Positions 16,289-24,489 of a stretch of 32,000 bases of DNA are shown one piece after another. Each line of letters starts with the position of its first letter. Position 1 is the stretch's first letter. The notes below the pieces were generated by a model. That model was given only the letters and a program-made list of their open reading frames with translations. It had not been told where the DNA came from and made no database searches. A program made the translations under genes and the position numbers. Source of the DNA: Methanopyrus kandleri AV19 (GTDB lineage: Archaea; JAADCQ01; Methanopyri; Methanopyrales; Methanopyraceae); assembly GCF_000007185.1 (NCBI RefSeq), contig NC_003551.1, positions 1,080,001 to 1,112,000 of the forward strand. Reading direction: 5' to 3'.

Positions 16289-17245
16289 TTGGAGGTGCAC
16301 TACGAACTACCCCTGGGTGGGGCACACCTGGCGTATCGGGCGGCGGAGGCCGGACATGACGTAGTCCTGTGCGACCCCTCGTTCGACATCTCCGAGGAGT
16401 CGATGGAGCGGTTGGAGTCGGCCGGTGTGGAACTCGTGACGGACGATACCGCAGGTGTGGAGCACGGTGAGATCCAGATACTGTTCACGCCGTTCGGTCA
16501 TACGGTGAAGATCGCCCGAGAGTTGCTCGACGACGTCCGTGAGGGGGCCGTTCTCTGCACGACGTGCACGTGCCCACCGATCGCCCTGTACCACGGCCTG
16601 GAGGGGGAGCTTCGCACGAAAAGGGAGGACGTCGGTGTCTCCTCCTTCCACCCGGCCGGGATCCCGGGGGCGGAGACACAGGACCTGATCCTGGTGGCGG
16701 ACGCGCGGTCCGAGGAGTCGGGGATCGAGCTGGCGTCGGAGGAACAGGTCGAGCGGTGCGTAAACCTCGCGGAGGACATGGGGTACGACGTTTACGTCCT
16801 GGATCCCGAGCTTATCTCATCCATCGGTGACATGTCCGTCGTCCTTACCGTGCGTATAGTCCAGGCGATCTGTAACTACTTCTCGGTAGCGAGGATCTGC
16901 GGTGCACCCATCGAGATGATCGAGGAACAGGTGGAAGAGGTGCTGTCGACCATGGCGTACCTAGTCGGGAGGTACGGGCTGGACGCGTTCGATCGGATGG
17001 ATGGGAAGCTGCTGCTGAGGTCGCTGCGGAACATGGCGCTCACGGAGGACGTCGAGCGGGTCGTGGACTTCTTCGAGCGGTGCTACGTGGACTTGCTGAG
17101 CGGTGACCGGGAGAGCATGCGAGAACTGAGCTCCATGATGGTGCCTCCGGACAAGCTGGTGGACCGCGTCCGGGAGATCGTGGGAGAGGCGCCGGTCCAG
17201 TACGCCCGGCGGAGGTTCTTCGAGGAGCGGCGATGGGGCTCGTGA
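16289..17245 (+). CDS. Hmd-family paralogue (HmdII/HmdIII-type; H2-forming methylene-H4MPT dehydrogenase-related); N-terminal strand lies in another frame (16228-16359)
   Basis: Matches remembered Hmd-family blocks: HGEIQILFTPFG, AVLCTTCTCPPIALY (Cys at the position of the Fe-ligating Cys in THACTIP), SSFHPAGIPG, SSIGDMSVVLTVRIVQAICNYFSVARICGAPIEMIEEQ. The expected beta1/Gly-loop (VKVTVYGCGDENMMVKLIEPLGG) is encoded from GTG 16228 in a different frame. Confidence 0.85.
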   Translation: MEVHYELPLGGAHLAYRAAEAGHDVVLCDPSFDISEESMERLESAGVELVTDDTAGVEHGEIQILFTPFGHTVKIARELLDDVREGAVLCTTCTCPPIALYHGLEGELRTKREDVGVSSFHPAGIPGAETQDLILVADARSEESGIELASEEQVERCVNLAEDMGYDVYVLDPELISSIGDMSVVLTVRIVQAICNYFSVARICGAPIEMIEEQVEEVLSTMAYLVGRYGLDAFDRMDGKLLLRSLRNMALTEDVERVVDFFERCYVDLLSGDRESMRELSSMMVPPDKLVDRVREIVGEAPVQYARRRFFEERRWGS

Positions 17246-17549
17246 ACCGCCCTTTCCTCGGGTCGCCATCCACGATCCGGTGCCGGTCGCCCTTTCGGGG
17301 GATCCGAACGGTGAGGGAAAAACGGTCGTGGGTTAGGAAACGCATCAATATGGTTTTAATCATCCCGAATGGTGTTTCCTTTCTTTAATCCTAGTATCTT
17401 CATCGCGGTCTCCGGACGGTCCGTAGGTCGTGGGTTGGACCCGACGAGACCGCCGCACGATCCGACTACGCGCATCTCGGGCCCCGACCCCACCTCCATC
17501 GAAGCCGGAGCGGAGTAGGAAGGGGGTCCGCCCGGGCGTCGAGGGCGGA

Positions 17550-17834
17550 CTAAGGCCCCTGAACCCGCCGCAGCGCTTCTTCCTCCAACCGTCGGATGTT
17601 GCGCTCAGCCCTCCGTACGCCCAGATAATGGCAGTAGACTCCGGCTCCCCAACCGAGCACCGGCCAGATCACCCAGATGACCCGCGGTGTCAGGGTCAGG
17701 TTCATCACCACCATGGCCACGCAGCCGATCAAGTAGATAGTCAAGTGCGCGCGGAACCCTTTGAGTGCCTCTTCGTAGTACAGCTCACGGAACGTCTCGC
17801 GGTACTCGTCGAGCTCGGATGTTTCGGAGGACAC
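17550..17834 (-). CDS. small 2TM-domain membrane protein (94 aa)
   Basis: Acidic N-terminus, FRAHLTIYLIGCVAMVVMNL, then VIWVIWPVLGWGAGVYCHYLGV, then a basic/helical tail. This is the typical 2TM-domain layout (F..H..Y...N / W.WP..GWG....H). The antisense ORF 17430-17867 is R/P-rich. Confidence 0.75.
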   Translation of the reverse strand: MSSETSELDEYRETFRELYYEEALKGFRAHLTIYLIGCVAMVVMNLTLTPRVIWVIWPVLGWGAGVYCHYLGVRRAERNIRRLEEEALRRVQGP

Positions 17835-18202
17835 CGTAGCCCCCCGAAACCGCCGCGTCGATCCTGATAAGGCCCCCGGCTCTGGGCCGACCGAACACGA
17901 CTTACGGTACTCAAAAGCCTCTCCTTTTCAAGCCGGAGGACGGTGCGGAGGGACACCCACCGAGCGGGTCGAAGACGTGTGGAGTCCGGGCCGATCCCGA
18001 GGACGTGATCCGAACCGGTCGTCCCGGACCCTCGTCCTTCATGTTATCTCCGTCAAGTTACGTTACGGACCGCCCGGAACTCGGGATTGGCACCCCCGAC
18101 GGCCCGCCGGGATCGACCGGGCGCGTCCCCGTAACTTTTTCGTGCTCTAAAGTCGTGGTCGGCCGTACCGGTTACTACGGGGGTTACGGCACCGAGTTGA
18201 GG

Positions 18203-19186
18203 ATGATCGCGATCTACGACTTAGGGTGGTTCTCCCGGGCCCTGCTCGCGGATGCGACGGTCGCGGTGATCGGCCTGACGATCGTCGCGACACTCATCGC
18301 TTACCTCGGGCTAGGTGGACCGCTCCGACCGTCGCTCGCCGTCGGGGCGGCCGCCGGGGCCCTTGGGCTCGTGATCTACTGGTACGGCACGCTCCTGGCC
18401 TCTTCATGCCGGATACGCGGCGTCGGCCGCACGGACTGGGGCGTGGTCGTGGGAGTGAAGTGCCGGACATCGTCCGTGGCCGTGGTCGGGATCTTGGGAG
18501 AGGGTGAAATCGGTGTCGAGAGGGGCCGGATCGTGAAGCGTGAGACCCAGTACGGTCTCTGCCTGTACAAGCTCGTGTTGCCCCGCGGTGAGGGCCTCCT
18601 CTGGGTGTACGGTCAACCCGAGGGGCTGGTGGTGGCCACCGTCGGGAACGGGGTCGCGGTGTTCTCCGACGACCTTCCCCGGGTCCTCTACTTGGGTGTG
18701 ATCGCCACCGGTAGCCTGCTGGAGTGGTTCCTGGACGTCGTCATGCCGTTCTCGACCCTGGCCGACCTCGCGATGGAACCGGCCTGGAGGATCGTGAGGG
18801 AGTCGAGCTCGATCAGCTGCGCCCCGTCGTGGGACAGGCTCGCGCGGGAGGTCGCGGTGGATCCGGGGATGACGGCCCGCGCCCTCGAGGGTAGGGTCGC
18901 ACTGGTCCACCGCGACGTCGCGCTGTTCTTCCTCTCGGTGCTCATCGTCGTACTGGGAGTACCCGTGGCGCTGTCGGTGTTGTCGGGATACGGCCCGGTC
19001 CTATACGAGCTGATCGAGCCGTTGGTGGCCGTCCTGCAAGGCGTCTGCGGGGGAACGTTCCCCGTCCTGATCTGCACGCTCCTCGCCGCGCTGCTCGTGG
19101 GTTACGCGGTCCTCCTACTGACGTCCCCGCTGCTCCTGACGTACGTCGGGTTCGTGACCCGGCTGACCGCGGACCGTCACGCGTGA
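18203..19186 (+). CDS. polytopic membrane protein, unknown function (327 aa from ATG 18203; track ORF starts at 18005)
   Basis: The first 66 codons of the track ORF are P/G/S-rich. ATG 18203 (MIAIYDLGWFSRALLADATVAVIGLTIVATLIAYLGLGG) is preceded by the AT-rich AACTTTTTCGTGCTCTAAAG about 50-70 nt upstream. Two N-terminal TM segments, a beta-rich middle, and several C-terminal TM segments. Confidence 0.6.
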   Translation: MIAIYDLGWFSRALLADATVAVIGLTIVATLIAYLGLGGPLRPSLAVGAAAGALGLVIYWYGTLLASSCRIRGVGRTDWGVVVGVKCRTSSVAVVGILGEGEIGVERGRIVKRETQYGLCLYKLVLPRGEGLLWVYGQPEGLVVATVGNGVAVFSDDLPRVLYLGVIATGSLLEWFLDVVMPFSTLADLAMEPAWRIVRESSSISCAPSWDRLAREVAVDPGMTARALEGRVALVHRDVALFFLSVLIVVLGVPVALSVLSGYGPVLYELIEPLVAVLQGVCGGTFPVLICTLLAALLVGYAVLLLTSPLLLTYVGFVTRLTADRHA

Positions 19187-19189
19187 TCT

Positions 19190-20172
19190 TCAGGCCACCA
19201 GGAGCTTCAGCAGCCTCCCCATGGTACTGCCGGGCCTCTTGAGGAGCGCCGTCGGGGGGACGGCGGCCTTCCCCAGTCGATCGTGGTCGGGCGAGGTGAT
19301 GTACACCTCCTCCACGTCGGTGCGTGAGAACAACTCTGTCAGCCTGTTCCGCTCGCGCTCCGGGTCTATCCCGTACTCGAACACGTACACCCAGTCCCCG
19401 AGCCTCTCCAGCGCTCTCAGCTTCGCCTCGAAGACGTTCCCGGGCGTGGGCCTCCCCTCCTCGTCCGCGACCACGTTCTCGACGACCACCCCGAACCCGT
19501 AGCGGTCCTTGAGCTCGGCGAGCCTCCGGTCGAAGACGGCGTCCCGGCGTTCACGTAGACTCTCAGGCCGAGGTCTCGCGCCGTCCGGAGGAGCTCCTCC
19601 AGCGCCCGGTAGGACCGACCCTTCAGCTCGTCGACGTCCCCGCCGGTTTCACGGTGGAACCACTCGACGTACCAGTCCCGCGACCAGGGATCCACGACGT
19701 CGATGAACACGCCCTCGTAGCCGAGGTCCCGTAACTCCTTGAGCTTAGCGCGGAGGGCGTCGAGCCAGGCGCGCTCCCAGAACCGGACGGCGTGGTCACC
19801 TGGCCACTCCGGATCGGGGCGTCCCAGGAGCCTTTTGCTCCGCGTCAGACGGTACAGGTCCCTCTGGTGCTCGCCGACCGTGGCGAGCGATAGGTACGCG
19901 ACGGGCTTTACGCCGTGCTCACGCAGGGTCCGGAGCTCGTCCTCGGTCCAGGGCCGGTCACCGGGACCGCAGTAGGGATCGACGACGAGCGTGCGCGGAC
20001 GCTTCTCGAGGATCACCCGAAGGTTGACGTCCTGCCAGTACGTCGCGAGCGGCACGCCGTGATCGATCACTGTAAAGGCCAAGAAGATCGTCAGGAGCGG
20101 CTTCAGCGAGGTGCATTCCCCCGGCGGTTCCGTGTGGACGGGTTCGAAGCTGTGTGCGGGTCCGACGGACAC
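19190..20172 (-). pseudogene. GH114-like (endo-alpha-1,4-polygalactosaminidase / TM1410-like) extracellular glycosidase, split by one frameshift near 19541-19546
   Basis: ORF 19417-20172 contains YWQDV, VVDPY, KPVAYLSLATVGEHQRDLY, EWPGDHAVRFWERAWLDAL and GYEGVFIDVVDPWS, the (beta/alpha)8 GH114-type pattern. Its tail then turns into S/T/R/G junk. The frame of ORF 19190-19489 reads DAVFDRRLAELKDRYGFGVVVENVVADEEG upstream of its own start. The junction is VYVNAG|DAVF at a GGG run. Confidence 0.65.
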
Positions 20173-20386
20173 CCGTTAGTACCCGGTCACACGGCATGCC
20201 CTCGGGCGGACGCCGCCACGTTTTCATCCACATTAACTTAACCCCGGCCCGGGAATCCGGTGGGCGCGGGAGGGGCCGATACGAAGAGCCTCCGATCACG
20301 GAGGAGGAGTTGAAGGACGTTGAGGAGTAGTTGGAATGGGCCCGCAGGCTGGTCCGAGTCGTTGAACTGGTAGTGGAGCGGGAGGG

Positions 20387-20938
20387 CTAGCTCAGCTCTT
20401 CGACGACCTTGAGCACCTTCTCCGCGTCCCTGACGTTGCTCTCGGCGATCCCGCGGTGGGCCTCGATCTCCCCGAGGCGGACGTCCTCCCGGCGTGCGAC
20501 GCGAAGTATGCACTCCCTGAGCTCCTCGGGTACGTCCGACGCCTTCTCTATCCCCTTCAGGATCTTCACGACGTCCGCGTGCGGTCCACCCGTTAGCCTG
20601 CCCTTGAGGTAAGCCAGGTAGATCAAGGCCTGGCGGACGGATTCGGCCGATAGGAGCAGCTTGAGCCGCGCGCCGTCCAGCCTATCGGCCAGATCCAAGG
20701 CCTCCTTGGCCAGTCTCAGGACCCGAATGGCGCGGGTCATCGAGACTCCCGTGAACCTCGTTAACCTCGACGTTACCGTCCTTGACGATCGCGTACACGT
20801 CCATACACGGTCTGCGTAGGGACTCGAACTCGGGGTCGCCGGGGAGACGTTCACCGGGTCCTCCCAGGAGAGGCCGCCCCTCTCCAGGGTCTCCTCGACG
20901 AGTTCCTCCACCCTGCGGCTCGGTACCTCGTCGCTCAC
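20387..20938 (-). CDS. HEPN-domain protein (HEPN core = 20387-20740) with an uncertain 66-codon N-terminal region
   Basis: From internal ATG 20740: MTRAIRVLRLAKEALDLADRLDGARLKLLLSAESVRQALIYLAYLKGRLTGGPHADVVKIL... This is a helical domain of about 118 aa with an R-x5-H motif (RLTGGPH). Codons 33-66 of the long ORF are S/T/R-rich, while another frame reads GDPEFESLRRPCMDVYAIVKDGNVEVNEVHGS. Confidence 0.6.
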   Translation of the reverse strand: MSDEVPSRRVEELVEETLERGGLSWEDPVNVSPATPSSSPYADRVWTCTRSSRTVTSRLTRFTGVSMTRAIRVLRLAKEALDLADRLDGARLKLLLSAESVRQALIYLAYLKGRLTGGPHADVVKILKGIEKASDVPEELRECILRVARREDVRLGEIEAHRGIAESNVRDAEKVLKVVEELS

Positions 20939-21060
20939 TACGACGGCAGGCCCAGCGCCGGCAAAGCTATCTTACCGATGCAGAGGTTGATGGTTTCGCT
21001 GAATCACTTTCAAAATCTGGACGGAAGGAAGTAATGCCCGAACGGATCGACTCGCTCCCA

Positions 21061-21891
21061 CTAGGAAGCCTCCTTCCAGTCGTTATCCCATATCCCAGTC
21101 CTCAGACTCTCCTCCAACCTTGCCGCACGGATCCGTCCAGCTAGGTCGCATTCCACGAAATCTTCAGCCCACTCCAACATTTCCTGGATCTGGCTAATGA
21201 TTCGATCAAGTTGCACCCGCTGCAGCCCGTACCGGTTGACGTCAACCAGGAACGCCATCCGTATCTCGTCATCCCCGTCGCGCACGTAGTTGGCCGTTTG
21301 GACCCTGCGCTTGTCCACTATCTCATGCCGTCTTGAGAGTATGCACACCAGGTGCTCGCCCACCTTATCCGCTGGTACTCCAGCAAAGTCGCCGATAATC
21401 ACTGGGTGGCGCTTCAGCCGGCCCATGAACGACTGTAGCTGCTTCTTAGCGTTAAACAGCAGCCTCCTCACTGGTTCCACCTCCGACCTGTAGTCCGGCA
21501 GCACCGTGACGTGCAGCGCGTACGGAACTTCCTCACCCAGCCGAATCGCCGTGGCCGCACCGATCGCTCCACCCAGTCCCCAGACCAGCACCGGCACCCG
21601 ATCGGCTCGGTACTCCAGCTTCACCACTTCGACAAACTTCTCAGACAGCTGCTTCAGCGCCTCGCTTTTCTCTGCATCCTTCATCGCCGTCTCGTAGTCA
21701 CGGTGGGCACCGCTAGGACTTCCGTAGGCCACCTCGACTCGGCTGGTTTGAAGGCCCAGCTTCTTTGCTAGCTCCTCACCGCTCTGGATGCCGTCGGGCG
21801 TGTCGACCAACACTACGCTGGAAGCTTCAAACGCTGAAGCCACGTACGGGGCCACCCGACACCCGAACGTCCCAGCACCGACCACGATCAA
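21061..21891 (-). CDS. divergent FtsZ/tubulin-superfamily-like protein (276 aa, TTG start) with a degenerate signature loop
   Basis: By-eye alignment to archaeal FtsZ:
- LIVVGAGTFGCR ~ ITVVGCGGAGNN (T1).
- VVLVDTPDG ~ TVAINTDAQ.
- YGSPSGAHRDYETAMKDAEKS ~ GLGAGGNPKIGEEAAKES (T3/H3).
- VLVWGLGGAIGAATAIRLGEE ~ [21 protein letters not shown] (T4).
- HVTVLPDYRSEVEPVRRLLFNAKKQLQSF ~ AVVTLPFVMEGKVRMKNAMEGLERL.
- VIIGDF ~ VVIPNE.
The C-terminal domain is short. Confidence 0.6.
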   Translation of the reverse strand: MIVVGAGTFGCRVAPYVASAFEASSVVLVDTPDGIQSGEELAKKLGLQTSRVEVAYGSPSGAHRDYETAMKDAEKSEALKQLSEKFVEVVKLEYRADRVPVLVWGLGGAIGAATAIRLGEEVPYALHVTVLPDYRSEVEPVRRLLFNAKKQLQSFMGRLKRHPVIIGDFAGVPADKVGEHLVCILSRRHEIVDKRRVQTANYVRDGDDEIRMAFLVDVNRYGLQRVQLDRIISQIQEMLEWAEDFVECDLAGRIRAARLEESLRTGIWDNDWKEAS

Positions 21892-22190
21892 CCTTCGCCG
21901 CTCCCCAGATAACTCCCCAAGGTGGAGAACGCGCGTCGTTACTCGCCGTCGTCAACGTGTACGATTAAGCGTGAATAAACTTTGGTCAGTTTACTAGCGC
22001 CGGCATACCAGCTCTGGTTAATGTAGGTAACGTACTTAGGGTTGACATCGACGAGTTCCGAACCCATCCAACACAGTATATGCTGTCAGTATGAGTTCGC
22101 TCTAACCTCAAATGATCGTATTGCCATCGTTCGACAATAGCACTGAACTGTATATGAATAGTACTACATCGATGTAGGTGTTAATCAACA

Positions 22191-22478
22191 TTGTTCATCG
22201 GAGTACTCCTCGCACCGACCGTGAACTTGCTTCTGCTCATAAGTTTGGTTAAGCTACTTCATGTCAAGTGCTCGCTTCAAGGAGCGGAGCTGATCGCCCG
22301 GATAGCTCCGATGATGACGCTGGGGGTAGTCCCCGCGGTCACCGTCGAGGCGCGTAGTCTGCTCACCAGGATACCACCGACGGCGACCGTAGAAAGGATC
22401 CTGACCGTCCTCAACGTGCCAGCTGTGTTCGTGTACGCCTTCTCCTTCTTCATCCTTGTCCACTGCTACCTATCGTGA
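22191..22478 (+). CDS. possible small hydrophobic protein (95 aa)
   Basis: The plus-strand ORF has mostly G/C in third codon positions and hydrophobic N- and C-terminal segments (MFIGVLLAPTVNLLLLISLV..., VPAVFVYAFSFFILVHCYL). The overlapping minus ORF 22254-22463 has mixed third positions. No homology recognised; coding status is uncertain. Confidence 0.3.
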   Translation: MFIGVLLAPTVNLLLLISLVKLLHVKCSLQGAELIARIAPMMTLGVVPAVTVEARSLLTRIPPTATVERILTVLNVPAVFVYAFSFFILVHCYLS

Positions 22479-22595
22479 AACCGCGCTGCGGCGGTCCTTG
22501 ACCGGTTCGATCGGTCGGGCCGTGGGATACTACCCTGTTCCGGTACGGTCCCCTCACAGCGTTCGGCGTGCCGAGGGTACGAGGACCGTGCGGGA

Positions 22596-23690
22596 TCATC
22601 GAGGGCGTCGGAGCAGCGGGAGGACGCTCGCCAGTGGGATCGCACCGGAGATGTAGAACACGGCGCTGAGCGAGACGTCCGCCAGCAGCCCGGGCAGGGA
22701 CCCGGTGAGCCTCCCGAGGGACATGATCGAGCCCCACCATCCCATCCCGAGGCCGCGTCTCTCCCCGGAGACCTCCGCCACCAGCTTGAGCGATGACGGT
22801 TGGGCCAGCGAGTACCCGACCCCTCCCACGCACAGCAGGACCACGGCGACGGGTACGCTCTCCACGAAGGGCAGCACCAGCACGCCCAGGGCGGCGAGCA
22901 CGCACCCCAGCGCGGCCAGGACGGTCGGGCTGTACCGGTCGGCCAGCCACCCGCACGGCGCCTGCAGGGTCACCGCCACGGCGTTGCGGATCGCGAGTAC
23001 CAGTCCGATCTGTGCCGGGTCCGCGCCGAGCTTCTTCAGCAGCAGCGGGACGAACGACTCGATCGTTGGTTGCACGGCCGCGGTGGCGAACGCGGGGAGC
23101 GAGGCCCGGAAGAGCTCCCGGTCGACCTCTAGCGATCTCTTCAACACCTCGAGGGGTGAGACCTTCTCCCGGGACGTCCGGACGTCCGGGAGCGATCCCG
23201 CCAGCGGTACGGCGAGCAGTGCCGGTAACGCGAGGACGGCGAAGGCCCAGGGTCCGACGCTCCGGTAGAGGTAGCCCCCCAGGGGCGGAGCCAGGACCAT
23301 CGGAAGCTGGGTGACCGCGTTGAAGACGCCCAGGGAGCGACCGCTGTCCGCGACGGTGGACAGGAGCGGCGGCCAGAGCGCGCCCATACCGAGACCCAGG
23401 GAAACTCGGCTGGCCAGCAGCGTCCCGGGGTGCGGGACGAGAACCAGCAGGTCGGACAGCGCGTACCCTAGGGCCCCGAGCGGCGCGAGCCTCCTGGGAC
23501 CGTACGCGTCCGTCAGGGCCCCTCCGACGGGCCTGGCTAGGAGCTGCGTCACGTTGTGTACGAGGTTCATGACGCCGACGAACGAGCGGGGGTAGCCCGC
23601 GTCCACCACGTAGAGCGGGAGGATCGGCAGGACTGATGTCAGGGACACCGCGCACGCGATGCCCACGACGTGTGCGATCAACGGCCTCAC
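22596..23690 (-). CDS. major facilitator superfamily (MFS) transporter (364 aa)
   Basis: About 10-12 hydrophobic helices. MFS-type loop motifs GALTDAYGPRRL and WLADRYSPTVL (G-x-L-x-D-R/x-x-G-R-R-like) occur in both halves. The overlapping 401-aa ORF (22450-23655) is R/G/P-rich and off-frame. Confidence 0.9.
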   Translation of the reverse strand: MRPLIAHVVGIACAVSLTSVLPILPLYVVDAGYPRSFVGVMNLVHNVTQLLARPVGGALTDAYGPRRLAPLGALGYALSDLLVLVPHPGTLLASRVSLGLGMGALWPPLLSTVADSGRSLGVFNAVTQLPMVLAPPLGGYLYRSVGPWAFAVLALPALLAVPLAGSLPDVRTSREKVSPLEVLKRSLEVDRELFRASLPAFATAAVQPTIESFVPLLLKKLGADPAQIGLVLAIRNAVAVTLQAPCGWLADRYSPTVLAALGCVLAALGVLVLPFVESVPVAVVLLCVGGVGYSLAQPSSLKLVAEVSGERRGLGMGWWGSIMSLGRLTGSLPGLLADVSLSAVFYISGAIPLASVLPLLRRPR

Positions 23691-23749
23691 CCGTGTTACG
23701 CGGTGGATCCCGGACGCCGCGGATGGTCTCCGGTCGTGCGGGACTCCCG

Positions 23750-23775
23750 GTTGAATATTTTTGTTGAATACTTTT
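23750..23775 (-). promoter_or_regulatory. tandem 13-nt direct repeat (GTTGAATAYTTTT x2) in the MFS upstream region; contains TATA-like AAAAGTATTC / AAAAATATTC on the minus strand
   Basis: gttgaatattttt (23750-23762) is followed directly by gttgaatactttt (23763-23775), 60-85 nt upstream of the MFS start (23690), in an AT-rich island. Confidence 0.4.
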
Positions 23776-24114
23776 AATTCAGTTCACACGATGGTCACCG
23801 GACGAGGGATGATCGCGGTCGGACGGTAGACGGTTCGGGGACACCGATCACCCGGAGCTCCGGGTGGTCGAGGTGATCACCGTAGAGGCCGCTCACGGCT
23901 GCGGTCATCGGACGGTGTACCACCGGTGTGCGGATGGTTCAACGGGGACCCTTCGAGGGTCACCGGTGGCCTCGTCGTGGCCCTCAGACGCCGCCCGTGG
24001 GCCGGTCCGTCGGCGATGGAATCGAAACTGTAATGCCTCCATTTCTCGGCAGAAAACACGGGAGCGGGTTTTCGGTAAGTAAATATCGATCCCTGGCCTT
24101 CTAGACCTTGATAA

Positions 24115-24223
24115 TGTCAGAAACTTTTAAGTATCATGAACTCGCTACACACCTGTGGCAACCTCGGGAGCTAGGTGAGGCCGACTCACTCGCCCGTGGC
24201 ATAATCGTTATAATTATCGTAAC
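24115..24223 (+). promoter_or_regulatory. conserved two-block element, copy A (block 1 with TATA-like TTTTAAGTAT; block 2 AATCGTTAT..TCGTAAC)
   Basis: Block 1, tgtcagaaacttttaagtatcatgaactcgct (24115-24146), matches 26733-26764 at 28 of 32 positions. Block 2, aatcgttat...tcgtaac (24203-24223), matches 26823-26843. Block spacing is 56 nt here and 58 nt in copy B. It lies about 270-380 nt upstream of the GATase1-like gene. Confidence 0.45.
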
Positions 24224-24489
24224 GTTTCTGCCAGGACTCGGTGGAAGCGACGGCCGATGGGGTCCGCGGGGTCGGCAATGGACGGTCCGATCATCGGGAT
24301 CTCACCGCTCACCCGTCTCCTCATCCCGTGCGCGCCTGTGGGCGCCTCACGGGAACCTTCCACACCGGTTCCGGTCGACCCTCGGTTTCCGGCGGCAGCA
24401 CCGTCCTCCGGTACTTCGCACGTTCTCCCCGTCAATCCTAGGCCCGGTGAAGGCTCGGTGGCTCCGGCGTCTCGAAACGCACAACTGCC

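Noticed and set aside
22450-23655. 401-aa minus-strand ORF overlapping the MFS transporter
   Set aside because: Extreme R/G/P/A composition typical of an off-frame read of a GC-rich gene. The 364-aa frame gives a coherent MFS topology.
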